Assembly (NCBI GenBank): GCA_964635515.1
Contig: CAZWNU010000002.1
Span: forward strand, 1 to 64,000
Source of the DNA: an uncultured Gammaproteobacteria bacterium
Lineage (GTDB): Bacteria; Patescibacteriota; Patescibacteriia; Patescibacteriales; JAGXOH01
Direction of reading: 5' to 3'
Length of the DNA stretch: 64,000 nt
Both the position numbers and the translations under genes were made by a program. Numbering within the stretch: position 1 is the first letter of the stretch; each line of letters begins with the position of its first letter. A model generated the notes under the pieces. That model saw nothing but the letters and a program-made list of their open reading frames with translations. It was not told the origin of the DNA and did no database searches. Below, in pieces: positions 1 to 9,917 of the stretch.

Positions 1-3000
1 TCCCGGATTTTCGATCTAGGGGAATCAGGAAGTATCAACCTGGGCTTGGATTATGATATTCCTCCCAACACTTCCATAGCAGTTTATCTTAGAACCGGTA
101 ATTCCTCCAGTCCTGGTTCCGGTTGGGAGAGCTGGACAAAACTTCCCACTCAAGAGGAAATTGCGGTCCCAGAAGAGTTAAATAATAATCGGTATGCACA
201 ATACCGCTTGGTTTTGGGAACCGATGAATTAGGAGTTACGCCTTCTGTAGATAAAGTGGAAATGATAATTTTTGGTGGCTCCTTAGTATCTTCGCCTTAT
301 GACACCACAGTGACCGATAACAAAATGACAGGAATAGAATGGATTGAGGATATTCCGGAGGATGCTTCTGTAGAGATGAGCGTTAGAACCTCAGACTCCG
401 ATTCCTTCTTACTTGATAGTAACCAAATCAATAGCGGATGGCACTCAGTGGCTATATCCGAGCCAGGAGAAAGTATATCCAACGCTCATTGTTCCAAGCA
501 TTCTGTGTCCGACGGTTATAGGGTTATCTGTAGCGAAAGCGCTTTGCCGTCTGACCTGAGAGCGGAACGTCCTGAAAATAAATACCTGCAGTATAGACTT
601 TCTTTGTCTGCCAACCCCTTTGATCTAGGAGACCTTCCCACTATCTATGAGACCGGTTTGGAATACGAGGCCATGTATCCCTTTGTAGACTCTGTCAGTC
701 CGGATCGATTCAATAATACAGAGGAAGTGAATATTACCATAGAAGGTTCGAGTTTCCAGGAAAAAGACGGTGAGATTCCTGAGGTAGCTTTAATTAATGA
801 GATAGATGGCAATGAAGTGGAAATCTGGGCGGATACAGTAATTTACCAAGGTTATAATGAATTAGCCGCCACTTTTGAAGATGTTACCCTTTACGCCGGT
901 TCTTGGGATGTAGTGGTGAAGAACCCTAATCAGGGCAGAGGTTCTTTAGAGGAGGGGCTGACTCTGGTTAACAGCGGAATTTATACAACTGAACCCTATG
1001 ACCTTGGAGGAGGCTCGGAATTTGGAAGTATTAATTTCGGTCTTCATGAGCCGGATGGGACAAGTATTACCATTGAAGCTCGTTCCAGTAATAATGAAGA
1101 GGACCTAGTGGACCCTCATGATCAAGGTTGGGAAGATGGAGAGTGTGAGGTGGAAAATGGTACACCCTTTGAAGAGGCGAACTGTATTGATACTGGTCAT
1201 CAATATGTTCAGTTTAGATTCAATTTTGAATCTGAACTGGCTGAGAATCAGCCCTATGTCACCTCTTTGGATGTAGAGATACTTGCTTCTCTGGCTTCAA
1301 TCATATCATCGCCCTATGATACCGTTTATGAAAAAAACGCTATTACCGGATTTAGATGGACAGAGAAAGAATTGGATGTTCCCAATCAAAGACTAGAGGT
1401 TTATGCCAGGGCTTGGTCTTTTGAAGATAGCGAGTTTATGGTAATAGATGAATACATAGAAGACGATTGGTATTTGGTCTCTGAAACTCATCACGGTGGT
1501 AATCCACAAGGATGTGAGGTGGTAAGCACAAGCGGGTCGGAGAGAGATGTAGAATGCAGTGTTGAAGATGTGCCGGAGGAACTGCGTAATATTGACGAGG
1601 ATCAAGTGATTCAATACAAAATAAATTTGGTAACACCGATAGAAGAAGAGATTGATGATCCGGAATATTACGATCAAGATGAACATTCTCCCCGATTTTC
1701 TAATTTCGAGGTTTTGTATACTCATAATCAACCTCCAGAGTTTGATGACGATGATTTGACAGCTGAGCAGAAAGACATAGAATTCTCCCCGGAAGTTTAT
1801 CAAGGAGATGTTGAGGTCGAGATATCAGTCAGAAATGATAACTATCCCCTGGATGATCCAGATGGCACTTCTTCGCCTTTGGCTGTCCTGATCGAGTATT
1901 CCTTGGATGATGGTGAAACCTGGTCTTCTCCATCTCCATCTCATCTTCAAGCCACTTCTAGTGACGGTGAAATACTAGCTAACTCCGAAGACGAGCTCAG
2001 AATTTTAGCCTATGATACCATTTTTACCGATTATACCATCTATTGGAGAGCCAGAGACGAGATACCCGGAGTTTACTCTACCAACACCAGAATCAGGATG
2101 GTCTTGGATGATCAGGAGCCGGTTCGGAATATCGCAACCGCCACCTCTGCTAGGTTTACCTTGGATACCATAGCTCCGGTTTGGGGAGATGACCCGATTA
2201 ACCTAGAAAATCTAGAAGAAAGGTCAGATGAAAGATATGATGCAGATGTGGTTATTAACCCAGGCGCAGAATCCTTCGTTGATGGTCCTTATAAGGTGGA
2301 GGAATCCAGAATTGGTTATAACATGCTTGACCTGGATGACGGGGTTTGGGGGGATTACAGCTCCTCTACACCAACAACTCTCCAAACCAGGCCGGATATA
2401 GTTTATGCTCAACTAAGAGATAATTGGAATAATCAGAGTGTGATAGTGGGTGCCAGTTCTAATCGCAATATTGCCGGAGAGGCCAGAATTGTGGATCTGG
2501 ACGAGTATATTTATACCAGTTGTCATGATTACGGTGACTGCGAGCCGGACAATATGCACAATGTTATTTTGGATATTCTTACCCTTAATTTTAGCGGTTA
2601 TGCTTCTTCCAGTCAGGGTTGGGTCAGCTTTGAGTCAGAGGAGACTCCACCGGATGACTCTTTCAGAGACAATTGTTTGTATGAATGTAACTCCACTTCC
2701 ACTCCCGCCTGTACCGCTTGTTATAATCCGGAAGATAATAATGTCTATGGCTGGGCGCAATTGGTGTCCAGCGGTGACTGGTTGGAGCTAAACGGTGCCG
2801 AGATTGGTGATGTGTCTAATGTTAGGATAGGAGCCATGGAAGGCTCTACACAGTTCAGGGGCAGTGCTCATTCAGATGATTTGGGTGAGGTTATTTTCAA
2901 CTGCGTGGATGATGGGGATATCGATTGCGCTTCTAATGATTATCATGTCAGATTAGTTGATCACTTTCTACCAGAAGCTTATGACCTAAAAGCTCCTAAT

Positions 3001-3783
3001 CAGAGCACTTCCACTCGAACCTCTGATGACGGCTCTTTGTGTCATCCTGACACCAGTGTACGGGATATAACCCTAGAGTGGGCAGTGCGGGATGAAAGTG
3101 ATGACTCCTATATCAGAGCTTTTGAGGTTAGGATAGCCACTACCAGTAATGTAGATAACTATTTTGCCACAGCCAGCGACACCAGGCGGCTATGGGATGA
3201 GGATACCGCCAGCTTTTCCTTTAATTGGGAGGATAGTATTGACTACAAACAATCATATTATTGGTGGGTAAGGGTTTATGACACTTTTGGCTTTAACTCC
3301 GGTTGGGTGCAATTCGATCATGACGAGGGAGAGGGTCATGAATTGACCAATAACCGAGAAGAAAATTTCTATGAAAATGCAATCGACCCCTATCTCACCT
3401 TTACCACCTACAAACATGAATTCCCCAACCCCTATATTTACTGGGAACCTCATTATGGTGATGATTATCCCACCCAAGAGCAGTACACTTTCTTGAGCGC
3501 CACCTCCTCCCATATTTATGCTGATGAAGACGGTAGTAGAGCCACACCCGTCACTTTTGCCACTTCCAGTTATGAGAGTCTTACTTGGCGGGCCGGGGTC
3601 AATCCTGAAAGGGTCAACTTCTTGGGAGCTACCAGCACTCCCACCACCTCAGCCAGATTTCTCTACAGCACCTCTACCATAGAGCTTGAAATAGAGGATC
3701 TGAGTGGATATACCTGCGCCACCTCTACTGTCTTTGATGTTGATGTTATGCCTTTGTGGGAGGAAGTAAAAACCAGTGATTAG
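1..3783 (+). CDS. Giant acidic secreted/surface protein, 5'-truncated by the window edge. It has repeated beta-sandwich-like modules plus IPT/TIG-like and FN3-like segments, and is a candidate pilus-associated adhesin.
   Basis: Frame 1 is open from nt 1, with no stop before the TTG at 46 used by the ORF track, so the gene begins upstream of the window. Four ~130-150 aa modules end in NRYAQYRLVL / NKYLQYRLSL / HQYVQFRFNF / QVIQYKINLV; three of them start with (S/E)PYD, and the first is cut off by the window edge. Its stop (3781-3783) lies inside the start region of the first pilin-like gene. Confidence 0.8.
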   Translation, partial: SRIFDLGESGSINLGLDYDIPPNTSIAVYLRTGNSSSPGSGWESWTKLPTQEEIAVPEELNNNRYAQYRLVLGTDELGVTPSVDKVEMIIFGGSLVSSPYDTTVTDNKMTGIEWIEDIPEDASVEMSVRTSDSDSFLLDSNQINSGWHSVAISEPGESISNAHCSKHSVSDGYRVICSESALPSDLRAERPENKYLQYRLSLSANPFDLGDLPTIYETGLEYEAMYPFVDSVSPDRFNNTEEVNITIEGSSFQEKDGEIPEVALINEIDGNEVEIWADTVIYQGYNELAATFEDVTLYAGSWDVVVKNPNQGRGSLEEGLTLVNSGIYTTEPYDLGGGSEFGSINFGLHEPDGTSITIEARSSNNEEDLVDPHDQGWEDGECEVENGTPFEEANCIDTGHQYVQFRFNFESELAENQPYVTSLDVEILASLASIISSPYDTVYEKNAITGFRWTEKELDVPNQRLEVYARAWSFEDSEFMVIDEYIEDDWYLVSETHHGGNPQGCEVVSTSGSERDVECSVEDVPEELRNIDEDQVIQYKINLVTPIEEEIDDPEYYDQDEHSPRFSNFEVLYTHNQPPEFDDDDLTAEQKDIEFSPEVYQGDVEVEISVRNDNYPLDDPDGTSSPLAVLIEYSLDDGETWSSPSPSHLQATSSDGEILANSEDELRILAYDTIFTDYTIYWRARDEIPGVYSTNTRIRMVLDDQEPVRNIATATSARFTLDTIAPVWGDDPINLENLEERSDERYDADVVINPGAESFVDGPYKVEESRIGYNMLDLDDGVWGDYSSSTPTTLQTRPDIVYAQLRDNWNNQSVIVGASSNRNIAGEARIVDLDEYIYTSCHDYGDCEPDNMHNVILDILTLNFSGYASSSQGWVSFESEETPPDDSFRDNCLYECNSTSTPACTACYNPEDNNVYGWAQLVSSGDWLELNGAEIGDVSNVRIGAMEGSTQFRGSAHSDDLGEVIFNCVDDGDIDCASNDYHVRLVDHFLPEAYDLKAPNQSTSTRTSDDGSLCHPDTSVRDITLEWAVRDESDDSYIRAFEVRIATTSNVDNYFATASDTRRLWDEDTASFSFNWEDSIDYKQSYYWWVRVYDTFGFNSGWVQFDHDEGEGHELTNNREENFYENAIDPYLTFTTYKHEFPNPYIYWEPHYGDDYPTQEQYTFLSATSSHIYADEDGSRATPVTFATSSYESLTWRAGVNPERVNFLGATSTPTTSARFLYSTSTIELEIEDLSGYTCATSTVFDVDVMPLWEEVKTSD

Positions 3784-3790
3784 TTTATTT

Positions 3791-4357
3791 ATGAAAAAAC
3801 AGACAAATAACAATAATTCCGGCTTCTCTTTGATAGAAGTTATAGTAGCCTTGGGCTTGATCGCTTTGATAGCCGGCCTTATAATAGCCAACTACAGAGA
3901 GGGAGAGAGGACAAACACAATTCATTTCTCTGCCAAGGATCTGGCTACTACTTTAAGACAAGCTCAAAACAATAGCCTGGGAGCGGTCAGATATGATGGG
4001 CGCACCCCTGCAGGCGGCTGGGGCGTTCATATCGACCTGGAGACAGCTACCACTTCCTACAAGCTATTTGCCAACCTGGACTATGATGAGGAGGATATAG
4101 ATACTTATGGTTATGAAGCTGGCCAGGCCTTACCCGAGCATGGTGGAAAGACTATGGACACCAAAAGAGGAACTTTTATAGCCACCACCTCCCTGGGTAG
4201 TATGGTCAGTATCAGTTTTCTTCCTCCGCATCCGGAAACACTTATCTTTGACGGCACTGCCACATCTAGCGAAGTTGAGATTCTGCTTGAAAATGAAGCC
4301 GGGGAGACCAGGAAGGTGGAAGTTAATTCTCTAGGTCTAATAAAATCAGGACCTTAA
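3791..4357 (+). CDS. Type IV pilin-like (pseudopilin) protein, in the GspH/FimT-like position
   Basis: It has a prepilin class III signal 'KKQTNNNNSG|FSLIEVIVALGLIALIAGLII' with Glu at +5. The ATG at 3791 is preferred over the GTG at 3776. Confidence 0.85.
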   Translation: MKKQTNNNNSGFSLIEVIVALGLIALIAGLIIANYREGERTNTIHFSAKDLATTLRQAQNNSLGAVRYDGRTPAGGWGVHIDLETATTSYKLFANLDYDEEDIDTYGYEAGQALPEHGGKTMDTKRGTFIATTSLGSMVSISFLPPHPETLIFDGTATSSEVEILLENEAGETRKVEVNSLGLIKSGP

Positions 4358-4372
4358 TTTTGCATATAAACT

Positions 4373-4891
4373 ATGATTAAGAAAAATAACAATCAAGGCT
4401 TCACTGTTCTGGAGATCGGGGTTTCCTTGCTCATAATCTCTGTGGGAATGTTAGGGGTTTTGTCTTTAATTGTTCAGAATATCAGAGCCGATGACGTGGA
4501 CAGAAATAGGATTATTGCCAGCCAGTTGGCCCAAGAGGGATTGGAGCTCGTTAGAAATCAAAGAGACTATAATTGGTTGTCCGAGGATAACTGGATCAGA
4601 GATGTAGCTGAAGAGGATAGTTATACCATTGATTATCAATTAGATACTTATTCGGGTGTGGATGATATATCTGATCCGGAGACCCTTTTGTATCTTAATG
4701 ATGATGGTTTTTATGTTCATGATGACGAGGATAACCAACCTAGCCGCTTTCGGAGGATTATAAAGGTGGAGGTGGTGGATGAAGAAGCGGCTTCTACCAC
4801 AGTCAGCTCTTTGGTTCAATGGGAGGACCGCGGTTCTACTTATCAATATGTAGCTGAGACCGATTTATATAATTGGCGCCCCAGAGATTAG
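4373..4891 (+). CDS. Type IV pilin-like protein, in the PilV/GspI-like position
   Basis: It has the motif 'KKNNNQG|FTVLEIGVSLLIISVGMLGVLSL' with Glu+5, and is small (172 aa). Confidence 0.85.
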   Translation: MIKKNNNQGFTVLEIGVSLLIISVGMLGVLSLIVQNIRADDVDRNRIIASQLAQEGLELVRNQRDYNWLSEDNWIRDVAEEDSYTIDYQLDTYSGVDDISDPETLLYLNDDGFYVHDDEDNQPSRFRRIIKVEVVDEEAASTTVSSLVQWEDRGSTYQYVAETDLYNWRPRD

Positions 4892-4926
4892 TTTTTATGA
4901 CTCACCTCCAGTTTTAAATTAAGAAT

Positions 4927-5499
4927 ATGTCGAAAATAGTGTTACAATCAAGAATTAAGAATCAAGGAGGCGTGACTCTCATAGAGTTGCTGGTGGCTTT
5001 GGGCTTGTTTGCTGTGATCACTATAACTGCTACCCAGATTTTTAATTTGGTGGTCCAGGCCCAAAGGAGCACCGTAGCCTCCCAAAATGCCCAAGAGGAC
5101 CTGCGCTATATAATGGAGGTGGTGACCAAAGAAATTCGCATGGCTCAAGTTGACCATGATGGTGTCTGTGTTTCCCCCAATCGGGTTTACGAACCAGTTT
5201 TTCATGACGATCATGATAATTCTCTGAGCTTCTTAAATTCTAAAGGTCAATGTGTTAGTTATAGGATGGATGACGGTAACTTCGAGATCAGTCGAGTAGA
5301 ACCTTCGGCTGAGCCCGACTGGCATAGCGTTACGAGCGAGGAGACAGAACTGGAAGAGCTCAACTTCAGACAAACCGGAACAGTGCCGGCGGAGCAACCT
5401 TTAATTACTATGAGGTTTAAGGTAAATGTCGGCGGGGACACGGTTGATGTCCACACCCTGAACATTCAAACCTCCATATCAGCTAGGCATTATGAATAA
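4927..5499 (+). CDS. Type IV pilin-like protein, in the PilW/GspJ-like position
   Basis: It has the motif 'IKNQGG|VTLIELLVALGLFAVITI' with Glu+5. The +1 residue would be Val rather than Phe/Met. Confidence 0.8.
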   Translation: MSKIVLQSRIKNQGGVTLIELLVALGLFAVITITATQIFNLVVQAQRSTVASQNAQEDLRYIMEVVTKEIRMAQVDHDGVCVSPNRVYEPVFHDDHDNSLSFLNSKGQCVSYRMDDGNFEISRVEPSAEPDWHSVTSEETELEELNFRQTGTVPAEQPLITMRFKVNVGGDTVDVHTLNIQTSISARHYE

Positions 5500-5941
5500 T
5501 ATTTTTCAAAGATTAAATTCTTCTTGGCAAGACCGGTCAGGGGCGGCACTGTATATGTCCATGATCATACTCTCCGGAATTCTTTTGATTGCTATGATCC
5601 TGGCTGATGTGGTGTTGACCGGGATTCAGATGGGCGGTACTCAGGCTCGTTCCACCAAAGCCTATTTTGCTGCTGAGGCCGGAATGGAAAAACTACTGTG
5701 GGAATATCGCCAAAACGACTATGAAGGAGAAATGAGCTATCATGGGCCTTATCCTGAAGTAGAAACAAACATCTTTACAAAAACTCTCGGTAACGCAGCT
5801 AACTATTCTGTCAGTTATGAGGTTAATCAGGATGATGAGGACTGGGTGGTTAAACGCTTTGTTTCCGTAGGGGGTTATAGGGATGTCCGTAGGTCGGTCA
5901 GGGTTACTATCCGTTACCCCGAGTATTATCTTGATTTTTAA
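5492..5941 (+). CDS. PilX/GspK-like minor pilin candidate with no Glu+5
   Basis: It has a PilX_N-like N-terminus 'RSGAALYMSMIILSGILLIAMILADVV'. It overlaps the preceding gene by 8 nt (ATGA-type coupling) and is the fourth member of the pilin run. Confidence 0.6.
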   Translation: MNNIFQRLNSSWQDRSGAALYMSMIILSGILLIAMILADVVLTGIQMGGTQARSTKAYFAAEAGMEKLLWEYRQNDYEGEMSYHGPYPEVETNIFTKTLGNAANYSVSYEVNQDDEDWVVKRFVSVGGYRDVRRSVRVTIRYPEYYLDF

Positions 5942-5948
5942 ATTAAAT

Positions 5949-8075
5949 ATGAATTCTGAGTTTAGACATAAGAAGAAACAAGCTAAAAAACGCATAGAAA
6001 AACTTAAAGAGGAGATCAACCATCATCGTTATCTGTACCATGTCAAAGACACCCAAGTTATTAGTGATGCCGCCCTGGATAGTCTAAAACAAGAATTGGA
6101 GGGATTGGAAACTCTCTATCCGGATCTGATCACACCAGATTCACCCACTCAGAGAGTCGGAGGGGAAGCTCTGGATAAATTTAGAAAAGTGGAGCATAGC
6201 GAGAATATGCTCTCTTTATTTGACGCTTTTTCCAGAGAGGATATGCGGGACTGGGAGGCAAGACTAAAAAAACTTGCTCCTGATCTACCTTTGCATTATT
6301 TTTGCGAGTTAAAACTGGACGGTTTGGCCATAGCTCTGCGTTACCAAAAACAGAGATTCGCTCTTGCTATCACCCGGGGGGATGGTCGAGTCGGGGAGGA
6401 TATAAGTAGTAACATAAAGACGGTTGAATCAGTGCCTTTGCGTTTGCGATTACCCGAAACCAAGGAGTTGCGCTCCTTAGGTTTTGATCGGACGGCAGCC
6501 GGGTCTATCCGGAAAATCGCGCTGGAGGATGAATTGGAGATAAGGGGCGAGCTGGTCATGCCCTATCAAGCTTTTAAGGACTTGAATAAAAAATTTGAAC
6601 AAGCTGGAAAGCCCAGGCTGGCCAATCCTCGGAACGCGGTAGCCGGTACCGTCCGCCAATTGGATCCGAAGATAGTGGCTGACCGGACTTTGGAATTTTA
6701 CGGATTTGAGCTTTTGGGCAACCTCGGTCTTGTTAGTCAAGAGCAGAAAGTGGGATTACTCGATCTTTTGGGCATAAAAGTCTTGGGTGAGAATAAGTCT
6801 TGTTTCGGCTTGGAAGAAGTGTTTCAATTCCGGGATTACTGGGTTAACAACAAGCACAAACTTTCTTTCGGCACTGACGGTGTGGTGGTCAAGGTGGACC
6901 GGGTTAAGTATTGGTCGGTTCTGGGGGTGGTGGGCAAGGCGCCAAGATATATGATAGCTTACAAATTCCCAGCTGAACAAGTAACCACTAAGGTTAAAAA
7001 TGTTTCTTGGCAGGTCGGTAGAACCGGAGTTTTGACTCCCACCGCCTTATTGGAACCGGTGCAGGTGGGTGGAGTAACCGTGAGCCGCGCCAGTTTGCAT
7101 AACCAGGACGAGATCGATCGTTTGCAAATAAAGATCGGTGACACGGTTATTTTAGAGCGAGCCGGTGATGTGATTCCCAAAATTGTTTCCGTCCTGGATA
7201 ATTTGCGGACCGGTCAAGAAAAAACCATCAAAGTTCCCCAGACCTGCCCTAGGTGTGATAGCCGGGTCTTTAGAAAAAAAGGAGAGGTAGCTTACCGCTG
7301 CAGTAGTAGTGATTGTTATGCTGTAAATAAAGAGAGCTTAGTTCATTGGGTTTCCAAGCCCGGGGTGGATATAGTGGGCTTGGGGGAGAAGGTGGTGGAA
7401 CAATTGATGCGGGCCGGATTGGTAAACAGTATCAGTGATTTTTATCGCCTTAAGAAAGGGGATCTATTATCTTTGGAGAGATTTTCTCATAAAGCGGCTA
7501 CTAATTTACTTCAAGCAATAGAGAATAGTAAAGTCATTACTCTGTCCAGATTTATCTATGCTCTGGGGATACCTTATATAGGTCAAGAAACCTCTTTTCT
7601 TTTGGCTAAGAAAGTTGTCACGGATCTATCGTTAAGCCAAGATCGAATTTCCATCCTCGAGATTAGGAAATACTTCAGCCGCCTCTCTCCTGCTGACTTG
7701 GAGGCAATTCCGGATATAGGCCCGGTTGTGGCCGGAAGTTTTTGTTCTTGGTTTTCTGAAGAGAAAAATCTGCTGGTTTTGGAAGAGCTGGATAAGCTCG
7801 GAGTGGTGCTGAGTCCGGATATCAAGGCGGGCAGGGACGAGAAAGGCGACGTTGAGGGCAAAAATTTTGTTTTGACTGGGAGCCTTTCCGGTTTGACAAG
7901 AGAGGACGCAAAGAATAAAATAAAGAAATTGGGAGGAAAGGTAAGTTCTACTGTTAGTAAAAATACCGATTATTTGGTCTTGGGAACGGATCCGGGGAGC
8001 AAGTATGACAAGGCTAAGGATTTGGGTGTAGTGATAATTGATGAAGAACAGTTTAAAAAAATTTTAGGAATATAA
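5949..8075 (+). CDS. ligA: NAD-dependent DNA ligase
   Basis: It has the adenylation motif 'CELKLDGLA', a Zn finger 'CPRCDSRVFRKKGEVAYRCSSSDC', and a C-terminal BRCT 'GKNFVLTGSLSGLTREDAKNKIKKLGGKV'. The ATG at 5949 removes a hydrophobic extension that overlaps the previous gene. Confidence 0.96.
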   Translation: MNSEFRHKKKQAKKRIEKLKEEINHHRYLYHVKDTQVISDAALDSLKQELEGLETLYPDLITPDSPTQRVGGEALDKFRKVEHSENMLSLFDAFSREDMRDWEARLKKLAPDLPLHYFCELKLDGLAIALRYQKQRFALAITRGDGRVGEDISSNIKTVESVPLRLRLPETKELRSLGFDRTAAGSIRKIALEDELEIRGELVMPYQAFKDLNKKFEQAGKPRLANPRNAVAGTVRQLDPKIVADRTLEFYGFELLGNLGLVSQEQKVGLLDLLGIKVLGENKSCFGLEEVFQFRDYWVNNKHKLSFGTDGVVVKVDRVKYWSVLGVVGKAPRYMIAYKFPAEQVTTKVKNVSWQVGRTGVLTPTALLEPVQVGGVTVSRASLHNQDEIDRLQIKIGDTVILERAGDVIPKIVSVLDNLRTGQEKTIKVPQTCPRCDSRVFRKKGEVAYRCSSSDCYAVNKESLVHWVSKPGVDIVGLGEKVVEQLMRAGLVNSISDFYRLKKGDLLSLERFSHKAATNLLQAIENSKVITLSRFIYALGIPYIGQETSFLLAKKVVTDLSLSQDRISILEIRKYFSRLSPADLEAIPDIGPVVAGSFCSWFSEEKNLLVLEELDKLGVVLSPDIKAGRDEKGDVEGKNFVLTGSLSGLTREDAKNKIKKLGGKVSSTVSKNTDYLVLGTDPGSKYDKAKDLGVVIIDEEQFKKILGI

Positions 8076-8085
8076 TTTTTGTTTT

Positions 8086-8382
8086 ATGATCAAAAAGGAA
8101 GAGATTAAACATATTGCCAGCTTGGCTAGACTAGAGCTAAGTGAGGAGGAAATAGAGAAAATGTCGGATCAATTGTCCGATGTTATATCCTATATAGAAA
8201 AATTAAAAGAGGTGGATGTTGCCGGAATTGAACCGACCGCCCAGGTGACCGGATTGGAAAACTCGGTCTGCGAGGACGAGGTTCGGGAATGGAATAAAGA
8301 AGAGTTAGAGTCTGCGGTGTCCCAAGCTCCAGAGCGCGAAGGAGAGGAATTTAAGGTCAGGCGGGTTCTCGAGGAGGAATAA
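8086..8382 (+). CDS. gatC: Asp/Glu-tRNA amidotransferase subunit C
   Basis: It is 98 aa with 'IKHIASLARLELSEEEIEKMSDQL' and lies directly upstream of gatA. Confidence 0.9.
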   Translation: MIKKEEIKHIASLARLELSEEEIEKMSDQLSDVISYIEKLKEVDVAGIEPTAQVTGLENSVCEDEVREWNKEELESAVSQAPEREGEEFKVRRVLEEE

Positions 8383-8434
8383 CAACCTGTCTAATTAATT
8401 ATATTATCAACCGGATTAAATAATCTGTTCTTCT

Positions 8435-9892
8435 ATGTCTTTAAATCGACTTACAATCAGTGAAGCCAGGGATAAGCTGGATGCGGGTGAGATAAGCTCC
8501 TTGGATTTGGTTCAGGATTGTCTTGAGCGGATCAAGGAGATTGATGAAAGACTCCGGTCCTGCTTGGAGGTGTGTCAAGAAAAAGCTCTCCTAGAGGCGA
8601 AAGAAGCCGATGCCAGAATAAAAAAGGGCGAGACTGGAGCCCTCCTAGGCATTCCTTATATCGCTAAAGATAATATTTTGACCAAGGGAGTGAAAACTAC
8701 TGCCGCTTCCAAGATGTTGGAGAACTATATAGCTCCGACCGATGCTACTGTAATTAAAAAATTGAGACACTCCGGTGCCGTTCTTTTGGCCAAATCCAAT
8801 CTGGATGAGTTTGCTCACGGGGCCTCTACTGAGAACAGCGCTTTTTTTACCACACGCAATCCTTGGGACTTGGAGCGGGTTCCAGGGGGTTCTTCCGGAG
8901 GTTCGGCAGCAGCGGTAGCCGCTGATTTGTGTCTTTTCGCCCTGGGAACCGATACAGGAGGCTCGGTCCGCGCTCCGGCTTCTTTTTGCGGTGTTAGCGG
9001 TTTAAAGCCCAGTTATGGTCGATGTTCCCGTTTCGGTCTAATTGCCATGACCTCTTCCACTGATGTTCCGGGTGTTCTATCTAAGACGGTTTCTGATAGT
9101 GCCTTGGTTTTAAAGGCCGTGGCCGGTCGGGATGAATATGATGCTACTACCCCTGATATTGAAGTAGGGGATTATTATAACAATTTAGGTGAGGATCTCC
9201 AGGGTCTGACTGCGGGATTGCCTCAGGAATATTTTGACGATCAGACCGACCCGGAGGTAATAAAGTTGGTCAAGACGGCTGTTAATGTATTGGAAGAAAA
9301 GGGTGTGAAAATAAAAGAGACCAGTTTGCCTTATAGTAAATATTCCGTCCCCACTTATTATATCATCACTCCTTCGGAGATCAGTTCTAATATGGCCCGT
9401 TTCGACGGCATCAGGTATGGTTTTAGGAAAGAGCAGGGGGTAAGCAGTTTAGCCGATGTTTATCATAAGTCACGAGCCGGTGGCCTAGGGCCTGAGGTAA
9501 AAAGAAGAATCATGTTAGGCACTTACGCCTTAAGCGCCGGCTATCGAGACGCTTATTATCTACAGGCTCAAAAGACAAGGACCAAGATAAAGGAGGAGAT
9601 GGATTCCGCTTTGGAAGAGTTTGATTTCTTGATCACCCCCACCTCGCCTCATATCGCCTTCAAGATTGGAGAGCAATCTGATGATCCTTTACAGATGTAT
9701 CTAGAAGATATTTTTGTCTCCGGCGCTTCTTTGGCTGGGTTGCCGGCCCTGTCAATACCTTGTGGTTTTTCTCAAGGGTTGCCGGTGGGTATGCAGGTCA
9801 TAGTCAAGAGATTTGACGAACAGACTTTGTTTGATGTAAGTTACAACTATCAAAAAGCCACCCAGTGGCATTTACAAAAACCCGATTTTTAA
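8435..9892 (+). CDS. gatA: Asp/Glu-tRNA amidotransferase subunit A
   Basis: It carries the amidase signature 'GGSSGGSAAAVAA' and 'GTDTGGSVRAPASFCG', and is 485 aa long. Confidence 0.96.
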   Translation: MSLNRLTISEARDKLDAGEISSLDLVQDCLERIKEIDERLRSCLEVCQEKALLEAKEADARIKKGETGALLGIPYIAKDNILTKGVKTTAASKMLENYIAPTDATVIKKLRHSGAVLLAKSNLDEFAHGASTENSAFFTTRNPWDLERVPGGSSGGSAAAVAADLCLFALGTDTGGSVRAPASFCGVSGLKPSYGRCSRFGLIAMTSSTDVPGVLSKTVSDSALVLKAVAGRDEYDATTPDIEVGDYYNNLGEDLQGLTAGLPQEYFDDQTDPEVIKLVKTAVNVLEEKGVKIKETSLPYSKYSVPTYYIITPSEISSNMARFDGIRYGFRKEQGVSSLADVYHKSRAGGLGPEVKRRIMLGTYALSAGYRDAYYLQAQKTRTKIKEEMDSALEEFDFLITPTSPHIAFKIGEQSDDPLQMYLEDIFVSGASLAGLPALSIPCGFSQGLPVGMQVIVKRFDEQTLFDVSYNYQKATQWHLQKPDF

Positions 9893-9917
9893 CAATTTTA
9901 GCTTTTAACATATTTTA

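Noticed and set aside
5883-5948. The upstream start for ligA given by the ORF track (5883)
   Set aside because: The extension is hydrophobic junk overlapping the 3' end of the PilX-like gene. The ATG at 5949 gives the canonical LigA N-terminus. Similar trimming was applied to mreB, mreC, xth, rsmA, the U32 peptidase and the DUF4258-like gene.
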